Below are positions 45,305 to 57,127 of a DNA stretch of 64,000 nucleotides, piece by piece. Position 1 is the first letter of the stretch, and every line of letters starts with the position of its first letter. Source of the DNA: Gemmatimonadaceae bacterium (GTDB lineage Bacteria > Gemmatimonadota > Gemmatimonadetes > Gemmatimonadales > Gemmatimonadaceae); NCBI GenBank assembly GCA_041483735.1, contig JBGPGH010000004.1, positions 1-64,000 on the forward strand. Reading direction: 5' to 3'. Under the pieces are notes generated by a model that was not told the origin of the DNA, searched no databases, and saw nothing but the letters and a program-made list of their open reading frames with translations. A program made the position numbers and the translations under genes.

Positions 45305-45883
45305 ATGGCGACGTCCTCCCCATCACCTTCGCCCCCACCCGATCCCGCCTCCCCGGCCATCGAAGCGCTGATCGCGCGGTTCGCCGGTATGGTGAGGCGG
45401 GTGGGGCGCGGACGTCGCCTCTCGGACGGGGACGTCGATGACGTCCTCCAGGAGGTCCGGATCCGCGTCTGGCGCGCGCTCGGCACCGGTGAGAAAATCG
45501 CCGCCGCCCCTGCGTCCTATGTGTACCGGACGGCCGTTTCGGCGGCGCTGGACCTCATTCGCCGGCGCCGCGGCCGCGAGGTGGAGCTCGAAACGCTCGA
45601 CGCCCGCGGACCCGCGCCATCCGGCGATCGGGGTCCGGTGACACCGGACCGTAGTCTGGAGCGCTCCGAGCTCGGTGAGCGGATCTGGCAGGCGGTGGAC
45701 GCCATCGCCGACGCGCGGCGGGCGGTCGTACGCATGTACCTCAACGGCTATCGATTGGACGAGATCGCGACGCTCCTCGACTGGACACCGGCCCGGACGC
45801 GCAACCTGCTGTATCGCGGACTCGGCGATGTGCGCCGCCGCCTCGGCGACCTGGGCATTGGACCCGGAGGACGAACCGAATGA
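45305..45883 (+). CDS. ECF-subfamily RNA polymerase sigma-70 factor
   Basis: Region 2 (…DVLQEVRIRVWRAL…) and region 4 HTH (…YRLDEIATLLDWTPARTRNLLYRG…). Confidence 0.85.
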   Translation: MATSSPSPSPPPDPASPAIEALIARFAGMVRRVGRGRRLSDGDVDDVLQEVRIRVWRALGTGEKIAAAPASYVYRTAVSAALDLIRRRRGREVELETLDARGPAPSGDRGPVTPDRSLERSELGERIWQAVDAIADARRAVVRMYLNGYRLDEIATLLDWTPARTRNLLYRGLGDVRRRLGDLGIGPGGRTE

Positions 45884-46524
45884 CCGACGAACGGCTGCAG
45901 GCGCTGTACGCCGAAGTCGTCGCCCGCCGGGCGGAGGCGGCCGGGCGCGGCCGTCCCGCCTGCCCGGCGCCGGACGCGATCCTCGCGCTGGTGGAGCGCG
46001 CCGGCGCGGAGGTGGGCCGGCTGGCGACGCTCGACCATGTCATGGCATGCGCGGCGTGCCTGGCCGAGTTCGAGCTGCTGCGCGCGGTCGTGGTGGCGGG
46101 ACGGCCGCCGGCCGGCCGGCGGCTGACGTGGCCGGTGCTGGCGCTGGCCGCGACGGTGCTGATTGCCGTGGGACTCGGTGGGCTCTGGCGGGCGCGGCAG
46201 GACCGCGCGCCGGGGCCGCCGGTCATGCGCGGCGGCGCGGAGGGGGCGGTGTCGACGGTGCTGCCCGACCCGGACCGGCCGGCGGCACGGCCGGTGGTGT
46301 TCGTGTGGCACGCGGTGCCGGGTGCGACTCGTTATGCGCTGGAGATGATCGATCCGGATGGCCGCCCGGCGTTCATGGCCGGAACGGCGGATACCAGCGT
46401 CACGCTGCCGCCCACGGTCACACTGGACGCCGGCGCCGAGTATCGCTGGATCGTCCGTGCGGCGCTGGCAGGCGGCGGCGAGCGCCGGTCGGCGGCCCGC
46501 GCCTTCCGGGTGGCCAGTCCGTAG
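45880..46524 (+). CDS. anti-sigma factor, zf-HC2 type, single TM
   Basis: ATGA overlap with sigma gene; Cys/His motif CP…HVMACAACLAEFELL; TM WPVLALAATVLIAVGLGGL. Confidence 0.7.
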   Translation: MTDERLQALYAEVVARRAEAAGRGRPACPAPDAILALVERAGAEVGRLATLDHVMACAACLAEFELLRAVVVAGRPPAGRRLTWPVLALAATVLIAVGLGGLWRARQDRAPGPPVMRGGAEGAVSTVLPDPDRPAARPVVFVWHAVPGATRYALEMIDPDGRPAFMAGTADTSVTLPPTVTLDAGAEYRWIVRAALAGGGERRSAARAFRVASP

Positions 46525-46536
46525 GGCCCGGTAGGC

Positions 46537-49350
46537 CTAACTCTTCGGCGACCGGAGGGCGACCCGCGCGAACGGGTCCCCCACCAGGACGAAGGCCGCC
46601 CATTCGCTCACCGGCGCCCCGCGGGACCGCGCGTCGAGCTTCGCGGCGTGCAGCGCCGCGCCGGCCCGGGCGCCGTGCGCCAGGGCCGCGTAGAACGCCG
46701 AGACGAACCGCACCGTGCTCGCGTCGCCGATCGGCCACTGCGTCGCCACCACCGCCCTCGCCCCCGCCTCCAGCAGCGGCCCGGTCAGACCCTGCACCCC
46801 CTCGCCGCCCACCACCACGCCGCCGGCGGTGCGGCAGGCGGACAGCACCACCAGCTCGGCGTCGAGACGCAGCCGCGCCAGGTCGCCCGGGCCCACCACA
46901 CCGTCCTCGCCGCCGCCCGGCGACAGCAGCAGCGCCGTCCGCGCCAGCGTCCGCTCGTCCACCACCGCGTGGGTGGCGAAGTGCAGCAGGTCGAACCCGG
47001 CCAGCGGCGCCCGCTTCAGCCAGGCCTCGCTGGCGTCCTGCCGCAGGCGCACGTCGGCGCGCCGTGCATAACGAGCCACCAGCTCGGCCTCACGCCCGGA
47101 GGCGGGCAGCCGCGGGAATGCCCCGCGCATCGCGCCGTTGCCCGACGAGTCGGCCGCCGCGCCGGCACCGGGCATGGGGTCGCCCAGCGCGAGGATGGCC
47201 CCGCCGGCTCCCGGCCGCGTCCGCGCCCGACGCCAGAGCCGCACTTCCACCGCCGCCGACGGCGCGATGCTCACCGCGAAGCGCTCCAGCACCGGCCGGT
47301 CATCGGCAGTCCGCAGCACCTCGAACGGCACCCGGTGCAGGACGTCGTCGGGGATCACCACCAGCCCAACGATGCCCGCCGGCAGGCCGGCCACCACCGC
47401 CCCCAGCAGGGCCGAGCCCAGCTCGCGGGCCAGCGCCGGCGCCTCGGACCCGCTCTCCACCAGCGCGGCAAATCGCGCCACCCGCGCCTCCAGCGAATCG
47501 ATCGACGCCAGTCTATGGCTGGTCAGGCCAGCCCGGGTGAGCACGAACACCGTGGTGGGCTCGCCCCCGCGGCCGGTCACATACTCCACCACGGCGGTCC
47601 GGCCGTCCGGCAGCGCCGCGATCACGTCGTCCACGGTGGCGGCCGCCATCGCGCGCCGGCTGCTGTCGCGCGCGCCGCCCTCGTGCCCCTCCTCCTCGCG
47701 CAGCGACTCGCCCTGCACCAGGCGATCGAGCAGCTCGCGTGCCCGCCGGCGTTCCGCGAGCGAGAATGCCAGCGCCACCCGGCCGCGGCCGGCCAGGGCG
47801 TCCAGGACGGTCGCCACCCCCTGGTCGCTGTCGAGTCCCGTCTCGTTTACCTGGAACGCGAGCAGCCGCAGATCCCGCTCGCGCAGGCTGGCCCGCCACC
47901 GATCGAGCTCGTCCATTGCCGCGTCCAGCTCGGCGCCGGCGCTGTCGATCGCCAGCTCGCCGCCTCGCCTCGCGTACACCTCGGCCAGGAGCACATGGGA
48001 CTGGTACAGGCGCACCGGCTGCTGCGGAGCGGTCCACAGCCGGCGCAGGGCGCGCTCCGCCTCGGTCAGGTCGCCGCGCCCCAGCGCCACGATCGCCAGC
48101 TGGTAGTCCAGCCCGCGCTCCCATCCCGTCATTCCGCGCGTGCGCGCGATCCCCAGCGCCGCGTCCAGCTCGCGCCCGGCGGCGCTCCAGTCCGCCTCCA
48201 TCATCGCCAGGCTCGCCAAACCGTTATGCAGCGTGAGTTGCGCGGCCGGCCGGCCGCTCTTCTCCTCCAGCGCCAGCGACTCGCGATAGGCGGCGCGGGC
48301 ACGCGGAATGTCCCGCCCGGCGCGGGCCATGTCGCCCTCCAGCGCCCTGGCCGCCGCCTCGCCGTACGGATCGCCCTGTGCCGCCAGCAGCGCCGATGCC
48401 CTCGCCGCCTCAGCCGTGCCGCTGTCCATTTCGCCGATCCGGAGCGAGATCTCGGCGAGATTCATGTTCGCCCACGCCTCCGTCGACGCGGCACCCGACC
48501 GGCGCGCCTCCCCGATGGCCGCCCGCAGATCCGAACGCGCCGCGCCGAAGTCGCCAATCGTCCCCCGCGCCCACCCCAGCCACTGGAGCGCCACCGACAG
48601 GCCGGCATGGTCGCGCGCGGCGCGATACTCGCCGACGGCCATCGACAGGTACAAGCCCGCCGAATCCATGACGCCCCGCACGATGTAGTGCTGCGCCAGC
48701 AGGTGCAGGCAGCTCGCGTGGTAGCGCCGGTCGCCGGCCCGTTCCTCCAGCTCCGCGCCGGCCTGCGCCTCGGCCCGCGCGCCGTCGCGCCCGGTGGCGC
48801 TCAACAGCGCGGCCCGCGCGCACCGGACCGCTCCCCGCAGGCGGTCGTCCGCGGGCGGCACCAGCCGGGCCGCGCTGTCGAGCAGCGACTCGGCCGGCGC
48901 CGCCGAGGTCCGGATGCGCGTGAGCGCCAAGCCGATCAGCGACTCCGTTTCCGCCGCCGAGTCCCCAATCGCGTGCGCCTCGCGCACCGCCAGCGCCAGC
49001 CACTCGTCGGCGCGCCCATACTGGCCGCGCACGCGGAGCGCCGACGCCTGACCCAGCCGCGCCTGGACGGCGTACCCGTCGAGTGCCGCGCTGTCGCGCG
49101 TGAACAGGAGCGCGTAGTCGTGCGCCGCGGTCGCGTAGTCGAATCGCAGTCGCGCGAGCGTCGCCACGCCAAGCCGGGCGGCACGGTCGGTGGAGTCGCG
49201 TCGCAGTCGCGCGCGCCACGCCGCCTCGAGCGCCGGCGCGCTGTCGCCCTCCACCGCGCGCGTCGCCTGCAGCAGGATCCGTCGCGGAGTCTCCGTCGCC
49301 TGGCCCTGCGGCACCAGCAGGAGCGCGGCGACCACCGCCGGCATCAGCAT
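46537..49350 (-). CDS. secreted TPR-repeat / CHAT-domain (caspase-like) protein
   Basis: Signal peptide; multiple TPR-like repeats; C-terminal CHAT with His/Cys dyad (…HFATHAVVD… / …VVLSACRTAGG…); 937 aa. Confidence 0.8.
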   Translation of the reverse strand: MLMPAVVAALLLVPQGQATETPRRILLQATRAVEGDSAPALEAAWRARLRRDSTDRAARLGVATLARLRFDYATAAHDYALLFTRDSAALDGYAVQARLGQASALRVRGQYGRADEWLALAVREAHAIGDSAAETESLIGLALTRIRTSAAPAESLLDSAARLVPPADDRLRGAVRCARAALLSATGRDGARAEAQAGAELEERAGDRRYHASCLHLLAQHYIVRGVMDSAGLYLSMAVGEYRAARDHAGLSVALQWLGWARGTIGDFGAARSDLRAAIGEARRSGAASTEAWANMNLAEISLRIGEMDSGTAEAARASALLAAQGDPYGEAAARALEGDMARAGRDIPRARAAYRESLALEEKSGRPAAQLTLHNGLASLAMMEADWSAAGRELDAALGIARTRGMTGWERGLDYQLAIVALGRGDLTEAERALRRLWTAPQQPVRLYQSHVLLAEVYARRGGELAIDSAGAELDAAMDELDRWRASLRERDLRLLAFQVNETGLDSDQGVATVLDALAGRGRVALAFSLAERRRARELLDRLVQGESLREEEGHEGGARDSSRRAMAAATVDDVIAALPDGRTAVVEYVTGRGGEPTTVFVLTRAGLTSHRLASIDSLEARVARFAALVESGSEAPALARELGSALLGAVVAGLPAGIVGLVVIPDDVLHRVPFEVLRTADDRPVLERFAVSIAPSAAVEVRLWRRARTRPGAGGAILALGDPMPGAGAAADSSGNGAMRGAFPRLPASGREAELVARYARRADVRLRQDASEAWLKRAPLAGFDLLHFATHAVVDERTLARTALLLSPGGGEDGVVGPGDLARLRLDAELVVLSACRTAGGVVVGGEGVQGLTGPLLEAGARAVVATQWPIGDASTVRFVSAFYAALAHGARAGAALHAAKLDARSRGAPVSEWAAFVLVGDPFARVALRSPKS

Positions 49351-49590
49351 CCCCGAGCAATACCGCGCCAGGACCGATCCGGCAAGTCGGCGGCGACCCG
49401 CGGAAGCACCCGCGCCACACCCTGCACGATCTCCCCGGTGCCACTAAGTTACTGGCGCGAAGCCCGCTCGAATTCCCGCACCCGGCGACGCCCCCCAACG
49501 GTTCGCTGACGCAGTCCCCTCGGATCCAACGTGCCGTCCTCGCCACCCGCCCTGCAGACCGCCGCGCCCTCGACGACCGACGCGTCCACC

Positions 49591-51585
<1,995 letters not shown>

Positions 51586-51674
51586 TCCCGGCGTCAGTTC
51601 AGATGTCGGCCCGGAAGCCACGGCGCCCCTGAGGCGCCCCGCTCCGGGCCAAGGCCCATCGTCTCTCGCCGTTC

Positions 51675-53723
51675 ATGCCCCAGTCGGTCGTTGTCAATTA
51701 CGCGACGTTCCTGATTCAGGCCGCCGGCGCGCTCCTCAGCGCATCGGTGTTTTACAGCTTCTACCGGCACAACGCGAAGGGATACCTGCTGCACTGGACG
51801 AAGAGCTGGTTCGCCCTGTGCATCTATCTCCTGTTCAGCGGCGTCGGGCTCTTCCTCCTGCGCATTCTCCCGGCGGATGACCCGCTCCGCCTGACGATGT
51901 CGATCACATCGGCGCTGGCGGGATACGTCCAGATCGCGTGGCTGATCTTCGGTACCCGCGAGCTCGCCACCGGGAATCCCGTCCCCCGCCGGACGCAGCA
52001 GTGGATCCTCGCGTCGGCCGTGATCGTCGGCGTGGCGACCACGGTGCTGTTCGTTGACGATCCCACCGCCACCCTCCCGCGATTCTTCAGCCGGGTGGTG
52101 GTGCGCCTGCTGGTCGCCGGCCTGGTCTTCCTCTATGCCGGCTACACCGTCTGGCGCGCCTACGCGCCCAGCCGCGCGATCGGACACCGCCTCGTCAGCA
52201 TGGCGTTCCTGCTCTACGGCCTGGAGCAGTTCCACCTGTTCGTCATGGGCTACGTCACCGTGGTCCGGCAGGAAGAGTTCAGCTACCTGCAGTACATGGG
52301 GTTCGTCGACTTCCTCCTCCAGTTCGCGGTGGGCATGGGGCTCGTCATCTGGCTGCTCGAGGAAGAGCGCAAGGCCACCGTCGATGCCTCGGCGCGCATC
52401 GAGCACCTGGCCTACCACGATGCCCTCACCGGGCTCCCCAACCGCCAGCTCCTGCTCGACCGCCTGAATCGCGCGGTGGTGCACGCGCGCCGCAAGAAAT
52501 ACCAGCTGGCGGTGTTCTTCGTGGATCTGGACCGCTTCAAGGTCATCAACGACTCGCTCGGCCACTCGTTCGGCGACCAGCTCCTGCAGACGATCAGCCA
52601 GCGGGTGGTCGACACCCTCCGCATCGACGACACCGTGTCGCGGATCGGCGGCGATGAGTTGGTCATCCTCTCGCCCCAGATCTCGCAGGCCGAGGACGCG
52701 GCCAAGATCGCGCGCAAGGTGCGCGATACGATCAAGCAGCCCATCAACATCGGCGGGCGCGAGCTGTTCGTCACCTCGAGCATCGGGATCGCGGTCTTCC
52801 CCGAGGACGGCGACGACGCCGAGACCCTCCTGAAGAACGCCGACACCGCGATGTACCGGGCCAAGGCCGAGGGTCGCGACAACTTCCAGCTCTACACCGC
52901 CGCCATGAACGCCAAGGCGCTCGAGCACCTCGCGCTCGAGAACGCGATGCGGCGGGCGGTGGAGCGCGGCGAGTTCCTCGTCCACTACCAGCCGATCTTC
53001 GACACCGAGTCGACGCGCGTCATCGCCGTCGAGACGCTCCTCCGCTGGCGCCACCCCGAGCTCGGCGTCCTCTCTCCCGAGGAGTTCGTTTTTCTCGCCG
53101 AGGCCACCGGGCTGATCGTCCCGATCGGCGAGTGGGCCCTGAAAATGGCCTGCGCGCAGGTGAGGGAGTGGCAGCTGGCCGGCCACACACACCTGCGGGC
53201 GGCCGTGAACCTCTCGGTCCGCCACCTCCTTCACGGTGACTTCGTCGCTCGCGTGAGGCAGACCCTGGCCGACACCGGGCTCCCCGCCGGGTCGCTCGAG
53301 CTCGAGATCACCGAGTCGATCGCGATGCACAGCGATGATGCCACCATCGACAAGTTCCGCGACCTGCGGAAACTCGGCGTCCGGATCACCATCGACGACT
53401 TCGGCACCGGCTATTCATCGCTCAGCGTGCTGCGCCTCTTCCCGGTGGACGCGGTGAAGATCGACCGCTCGTTCGTGAGCGTCACCACCGGCGCGGCCGC
53501 CGACACCGCCATCGCCAGCGCGGTGATCGCGATGGCCCACTCGCTCGAGCTGACGGTGACCGCCGAGGGCGTCGAGAACGAGGAGCAGCTGCGTTTCCTG
53601 CGCGAGCAGCGCTGCGACACGTGGCAGGGCTTCCTGGGCGCGCGCCCCGCCCCGGCCGCGGAGTGCGGCGTCTTCCTGAATCAGCGCTCCGAGCGCCTCG
53701 CCGGCTCGCCCGTCTCCGCCTGA
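51675..53723 (+). CDS. membrane-bound diguanylate cyclase/phosphodiesterase (7TM sensor-GGDEF-EAL)
   Basis: Seven N-terminal TM helices, GGDEL (degenerate GGDEF) motif RIGGDELVIL, EAL motif ELEITES. Confidence 0.88.
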   Translation: MPQSVVVNYATFLIQAAGALLSASVFYSFYRHNAKGYLLHWTKSWFALCIYLLFSGVGLFLLRILPADDPLRLTMSITSALAGYVQIAWLIFGTRELATGNPVPRRTQQWILASAVIVGVATTVLFVDDPTATLPRFFSRVVVRLLVAGLVFLYAGYTVWRAYAPSRAIGHRLVSMAFLLYGLEQFHLFVMGYVTVVRQEEFSYLQYMGFVDFLLQFAVGMGLVIWLLEEERKATVDASARIEHLAYHDALTGLPNRQLLLDRLNRAVVHARRKKYQLAVFFVDLDRFKVINDSLGHSFGDQLLQTISQRVVDTLRIDDTVSRIGGDELVILSPQISQAEDAAKIARKVRDTIKQPINIGGRELFVTSSIGIAVFPEDGDDAETLLKNADTAMYRAKAEGRDNFQLYTAAMNAKALEHLALENAMRRAVERGEFLVHYQPIFDTESTRVIAVETLLRWRHPELGVLSPEEFVFLAEATGLIVPIGEWALKMACAQVREWQLAGHTHLRAAVNLSVRHLLHGDFVARVRQTLADTGLPAGSLELEITESIAMHSDDATIDKFRDLRKLGVRITIDDFGTGYSSLSVLRLFPVDAVKIDRSFVSVTTGAAADTAIASAVIAMAHSLELTVTAEGVENEEQLRFLREQRCDTWQGFLGARPAPAAECGVFLNQRSERLAGSPVSA

Positions 53724-53795
53724 CGAGGCGGCCGCGGCGGTGCCCGCCAGGCCGGCGCCGGCACCCGCGGACCGCACCGGACAATTCCCCCTGCC

Positions 53796-55031
53796 TTACA
53801 AGTCGGCCTCGTCCAGCCGGCCACCGGTGATCACCAGCACCGCCACCTGACCGGCCAGTGAGGCGGACGCGGCCAGCACGTCCAGCGCCGCGAGCGTGGT
53901 CGCGCTGGTGAACTCGGCCGCCACCCCCGCGTCGTGCGCCAGCCGCCGCTGCGCCGCCGCCGTCTCCTCGTCCCCCACGGCGACCATCGTGCCGCCGCTG
54001 TCGGCGACCTCGCGCAGCACCCGGCGCCCGTTCCGGGGCCGGCGCACCGCGATCGACGCGGCCCGGGTCGTGCCCGTGTCGTCCGCCGGATCCGTTGGCG
54101 TCGCGAGGCCGGCAGGACCCCGTCGCCGGCCTTCGTCGCCTGGGGCAGCGGCGTCCCACCGCGCCACGAGTGGCGAGATCGCCCGCGCCTGAACCCCCGC
54201 CAGCCGCGGCACCGCGCCGGTGATCCCGCAGCGCCGCAGCTCGCGAAACCCCTTTCCCAGCGCGCCCAGCGTGCACCCGTCGCCCACCGGGGCCACCACC
54301 AGGTCCGGCACCGCCCCGCCCAGCTGCTCGACGATCTCGAACGCCGCCGTCTTCTTCCCCTCCACCAGGTACGGGTTGAGCGCGCAGTTCCGGCTGTACC
54401 ACCCGTGCGCCGCCACTTCCCGCTCGCATTCGTCGAACGCCTGGTCGTAGTTGCCTGACGAGACGCGCACTCGCGCGCCGAACAGCCGCAGCCAGGCCAG
54501 CCGCGTCCGCGACGCCTGCGCCGGCACGAACGCGTGGCACTCCAGCCCCGCGCTCGCGCAGAATCCCGCCAGCGAGATCGCCGCGTTCCCCGCCGACGCG
54601 CACGCCAGCACGCGGCGCCCGGCGGCCACCGCCATGCTCACCCCGATCGCGGTCGCGCGATCCTTCAGACAGCGGGTGGGGTTCCGCGTCTCGTCCTTGA
54701 GCCAGAGCTCCCGCAACCCGTAGCGCGTGGCCAGGCGCGGCGCGGGCACCAACGCCGACCCGCCCACCGGCAGTCCCACCGGCGGCGCATCGGTGGGCAG
54801 CAACGGGCGGTAGCGGAAGATCCCGTCTCCCACCGAACCGCGCGCGAGCGCCGCCCGGAAGGCGTCGCCCGCGCGCTCGTAGTCATACTCGACGTCGAAG
54901 ATTCCCGGATCGGACGCGTCGCCGTCGGCGCGACAGTGAGGACAGTCGTACGCCGACGGATTCAGCGGAGCGGTGCGGTTGCACCGGAGGCAGCGTAACC
55001 CGGTGGCGAGCGACCCTCCGCCTGTCACCAT
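53796..55031 (-). CDS. thrC: threonine synthase-like PLP-dependent (fold type II) enzyme with N-terminal Zn ribbon
   Basis: PLP-lysine motif KDETRNPTRCLKDRAT; CLRCN…CPHC ribbon; ATG overlaps stop of arsN2::arsM ORF (ATGA). Confidence 0.75.
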   Translation of the reverse strand: MVTGGGSLATGLRCLRCNRTAPLNPSAYDCPHCRADGDASDPGIFDVEYDYERAGDAFRAALARGSVGDGIFRYRPLLPTDAPPVGLPVGGSALVPAPRLATRYGLRELWLKDETRNPTRCLKDRATAIGVSMAVAAGRRVLACASAGNAAISLAGFCASAGLECHAFVPAQASRTRLAWLRLFGARVRVSSGNYDQAFDECEREVAAHGWYSRNCALNPYLVEGKKTAAFEIVEQLGGAVPDLVVAPVGDGCTLGALGKGFRELRRCGITGAVPRLAGVQARAISPLVARWDAAAPGDEGRRRGPAGLATPTDPADDTGTTRAASIAVRRPRNGRRVLREVADSGGTMVAVGDEETAAAQRRLAHDAGVAAEFTSATTLAALDVLAASASLAGQVAVLVITGGRLDEADL

Positions 55032-56542
55032 CAGGAGGTGGACGGGGAGGCGGGGGCGGATGCCTGTGCCGCGTCCCCTCCCTTCGCATTTCTCCCACCC
55101 TCCTCCCTCCCTCCCTCCCTTCCTCCCTCCCTTCCTCCCCCCGGCTTCCGCGCCCGCACGAACGCGCTCACGAACTTCCCGTCGATCGCCGCGCCCTCGA
55201 CGTCCGGATCCAGCCCCGCGCTCTCCAGGAACTGGCGCGCATCCTCGGCGCGATAGACCCGAGTGGGCTCGAAGCCGATCTCGTCGAAGCCCGTCTCCGC
55301 CAGCAGCCGCGCGAACTCGGTTTCCTCGAGCGCGCCGGCGATGCAGCCGATCCAGAGCGCGGCGTTGCGGCGAACCGCCGGCGTGAGCTCGCCGCGCGCC
55401 ACGATGTCCGACACCGCGAACCGCCCGCCGGGCCGGAGTACCCGGAACGCCTCGCGGAGCACCCTCGGCTTGTTCGCCGACAGGTTGATCACGCAGTTGG
55501 AGATGATCACGTCCACCGAGTTGTCGGGGAGCGGGATCGACTCGATTTCGCCCTTCAGGAACTCGACATTGGTCACCCCCGCCTTGCGCTGGTTCTCGCG
55601 CGCCAGCGCCAGCATGTCATCGGTCATGTCCAGGCCGTAGGCCTTGCCGGTGGGTCCCACCCGCCTGGCCGAGAGCAGGACGTCGATCCCGCCGCCGGAG
55701 CCCAGGTCCAGCACCGTCTCACCCGGGTTGAGGCGCGCCAGCGCCGTGGGGTTGCCGCAGCCTAACGACGCAAGCAGCGCCTCGGCCGGCACGCTGGCCG
55801 CCTGGCCGGCGTCGTACAGGTCGCTCGTCACCGCGTCCCAGCTCGACGCCTCCGTGCCGCAGCTCCCGCCGCAGCCGCAGGCCGCGGCCTTGCCACTCGC
55901 CACCTCGCGCGCCACCGCGCCGTACTTCGCCTTGATCACGTCGCCGATGCACCCCTCGCTCAGCTCGCCGTTCAGCGGCAGCACCATCGCCGTCGCGCTC
56001 TCGGGACAGGCGACCGCGAACTCGCGCGACGCCCGCATCTCGGCCGGCGCGCTCTGCCGCTCCGTGCGCCGGAACCCGAACCGCGGGAAATACCCGTCGG
56101 CCGTGTCGGTGAGCAGGTAGATCGAGTGGAGCCCGCGGCCCACCGCCCACCGGATCCGGTCGCGGGTGAGCGCGTCGCCCACGCCACGCCCGCGCCACGC
56201 CGGGTCCACCGCCGCCGAGCGCAGCAGCCCATCGTTGCCGTGGACCTCCATTCCTTCCACACCGATGAGCCGACCGTCGTGGTCGCTCACCGCCACCACG
56301 TACGGCTCGCCGAATTGCTCGTCGAGGCCGTCGAGCGGCAGCTTGGCGGCGCGCACCAGGGACTGCACGGCGCCCAGGTCGCCGCGGATGGCGGGGCGGA
56401 TCGTGAAGGTTGCATCGGGCATAGGCTCACCGCGCTCGGATGTGTCCTTCGTGGACTCTGAACCGGCGTCGCCCCCGCAGCAAGTGGGTCCGCAACAGCT
56501 GCCGGCCCTTGGCGTGGTGGTTGGACTGGTGGCGTGCGTCAT
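55031..56542 (-). CDS. arsM: ArsN2-like GNAT domain fused to arsenite S-adenosylmethionine methyltransferase ArsM
   Basis: GGAGG 8 nt before ATG (MTHATS…); N-terminal [10 protein letters not shown]; GNAT domain ending …[13 protein letters not shown] (ArsN2-like); ArsM core [12 protein letters not shown]…SNCVINL with conserved Cys ([21 protein letters not shown]); C-terminal [11 protein letters not shown] tail encoded by GA-rich repeat. Confidence 0.8.
   Translation of the reverse strand: MTHATSPTTTPRAGSCCGPTCCGGDAGSESTKDTSERGEPMPDATFTIRPAIRGDLGAVQSLVRAAKLPLDGLDEQFGEPYVVAVSDHDGRLIGVEGMEVHGNDGLLRSAAVDPAWRGRGVGDALTRDRIRWAVGRGLHSIYLLTDTADGYFPRFGFRRTERQSAPAEMRASREFAVACPESATAMVLPLNGELSEGCIGDVIKAKYGAVAREVASGKAAACGCGGSCGTEASSWDAVTSDLYDAGQAASVPAEALLASLGCGNPTALARLNPGETVLDLGSGGGIDVLLSARRVGPTGKAYGLDMTDDMLALARENQRKAGVTNVEFLKGEIESIPLPDNSVDVIISNCVINLSANKPRVLREAFRVLRPGGRFAVSDIVARGELTPAVRRNAALWIGCIAGALEETEFARLLAETGFDEIGFEPTRVYRAEDARQFLESAGLDPDVEGAAIDGKFVSAFVRARKPGGGREGGREGGREEGGRNAKGGDAAQASAPASPSTS
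55074..55142. repeat. polypyrimidine (CT-rich) repeat element copy A
   Basis: cccctcccttcgcatttctcccaccctcctccctccctccctcccttcctccctcccttcctcccc; near-identical to copy at 62571-62633. Confidence 0.65.
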
Positions 56543-56721
56543 GCGAATCCTCCGGTTGCGGCGCGGGAGTCGACCTGGGTCGCATCCCCTCGCGGGTTTG
56601 TCCAGCTCGGTTGTGTGGGGCGGACGACGTAGCGTCTCGTCCCTCGGGTTCGTCCTGCTGCGCGACGGTTCGTGAATGAATCGAAGAGAGTCGATATAAG
56701 AAGCCGAAAAAAACAGACCGG

Positions 56722-57087
56722 TTACGCCAGGGCTTCCAGCCGGCCGGCGATGCGGTCGCGCAGCCCGTCCAGCGCCTGACGGTTGACGGAGTAGTAGGCC
56801 CACAGCCCCTGCCGCTCGACCTCCACCAGGCCCGCCTCGCGCAGCAGCCGGAGGTGATGGGAGACGGTGGGCTGTTTCACCGGCACCGACGCCTCCAGGT
56901 CGCAGACGCAGACGCGTCCCTCGTTGCGCGCCAGCACATCGAGCAGCTGGAGCCGCATGGGATGGGCCAGGACCTCGAGGTCGGTCGTGAGGCGCTGCGC
57001 GTCGCGCGCCGAGAGCGACGGCCGCGCGGCGGGGTTGCAGCACCGCTCGCCGCGTTTCCGCTCGAGAACTGGCAGGGCCGTGGTCAT
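56722..57087 (-). CDS. arsR: ArsR/SmtB family metalloregulator
   Basis: wHTH with metal-binding VCVCDL motif and HHLRLLREAGLV recognition helix; internal ATG (MTTALPV…). Confidence 0.85.
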   Translation of the reverse strand: MTTALPVLERKRGERCCNPAARPSLSARDAQRLTTDLEVLAHPMRLQLLDVLARNEGRVCVCDLEASVPVKQPTVSHHLRLLREAGLVEVERQGLWAYYSVNRQALDGLRDRIAGRLEALA

Positions 57088-57107
57088 GGGGAGGAAGATA
57101 GATGACG

Positions 57108-57125
57108 TATTGACGTCTGTCAATA
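57108..57125. promoter_or_regulatory. perfect 7-4-7 palindrome TATTGAC-gtct-GTCAATA, candidate ArsR operator
   Basis: Lies 21-38 nt upstream of arsR ATG on the coding strand side; embedded TGACGT direct repeat. Confidence 0.5.
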
Positions 57126-57127
57126 CA

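Noticed and set aside
49531-49590. Upstream GTG start for transketolase
   Set aside because: Alignment with E. coli TktA places the N-terminus at MDLETL (49591). The 20 extra residues are Pro/Ser/Ala-rich and unconserved.
51590-51650. GGCGCC-cctga-GGCGCC hairpin after tkt as a terminator
   Set aside because: The stem is short and there is no downstream U-tract, so this is weak evidence only.
56543-57043. N-terminal 167 codons of track ORF 55031..57043 (upstream of the MTHATS start)
   Set aside because: It overlaps arsR in another frame and includes an AT-rich non-coding patch (56660-56720). A GGAGG-ATG start at 56542 gives the properly sized ArsN2-ArsM protein.
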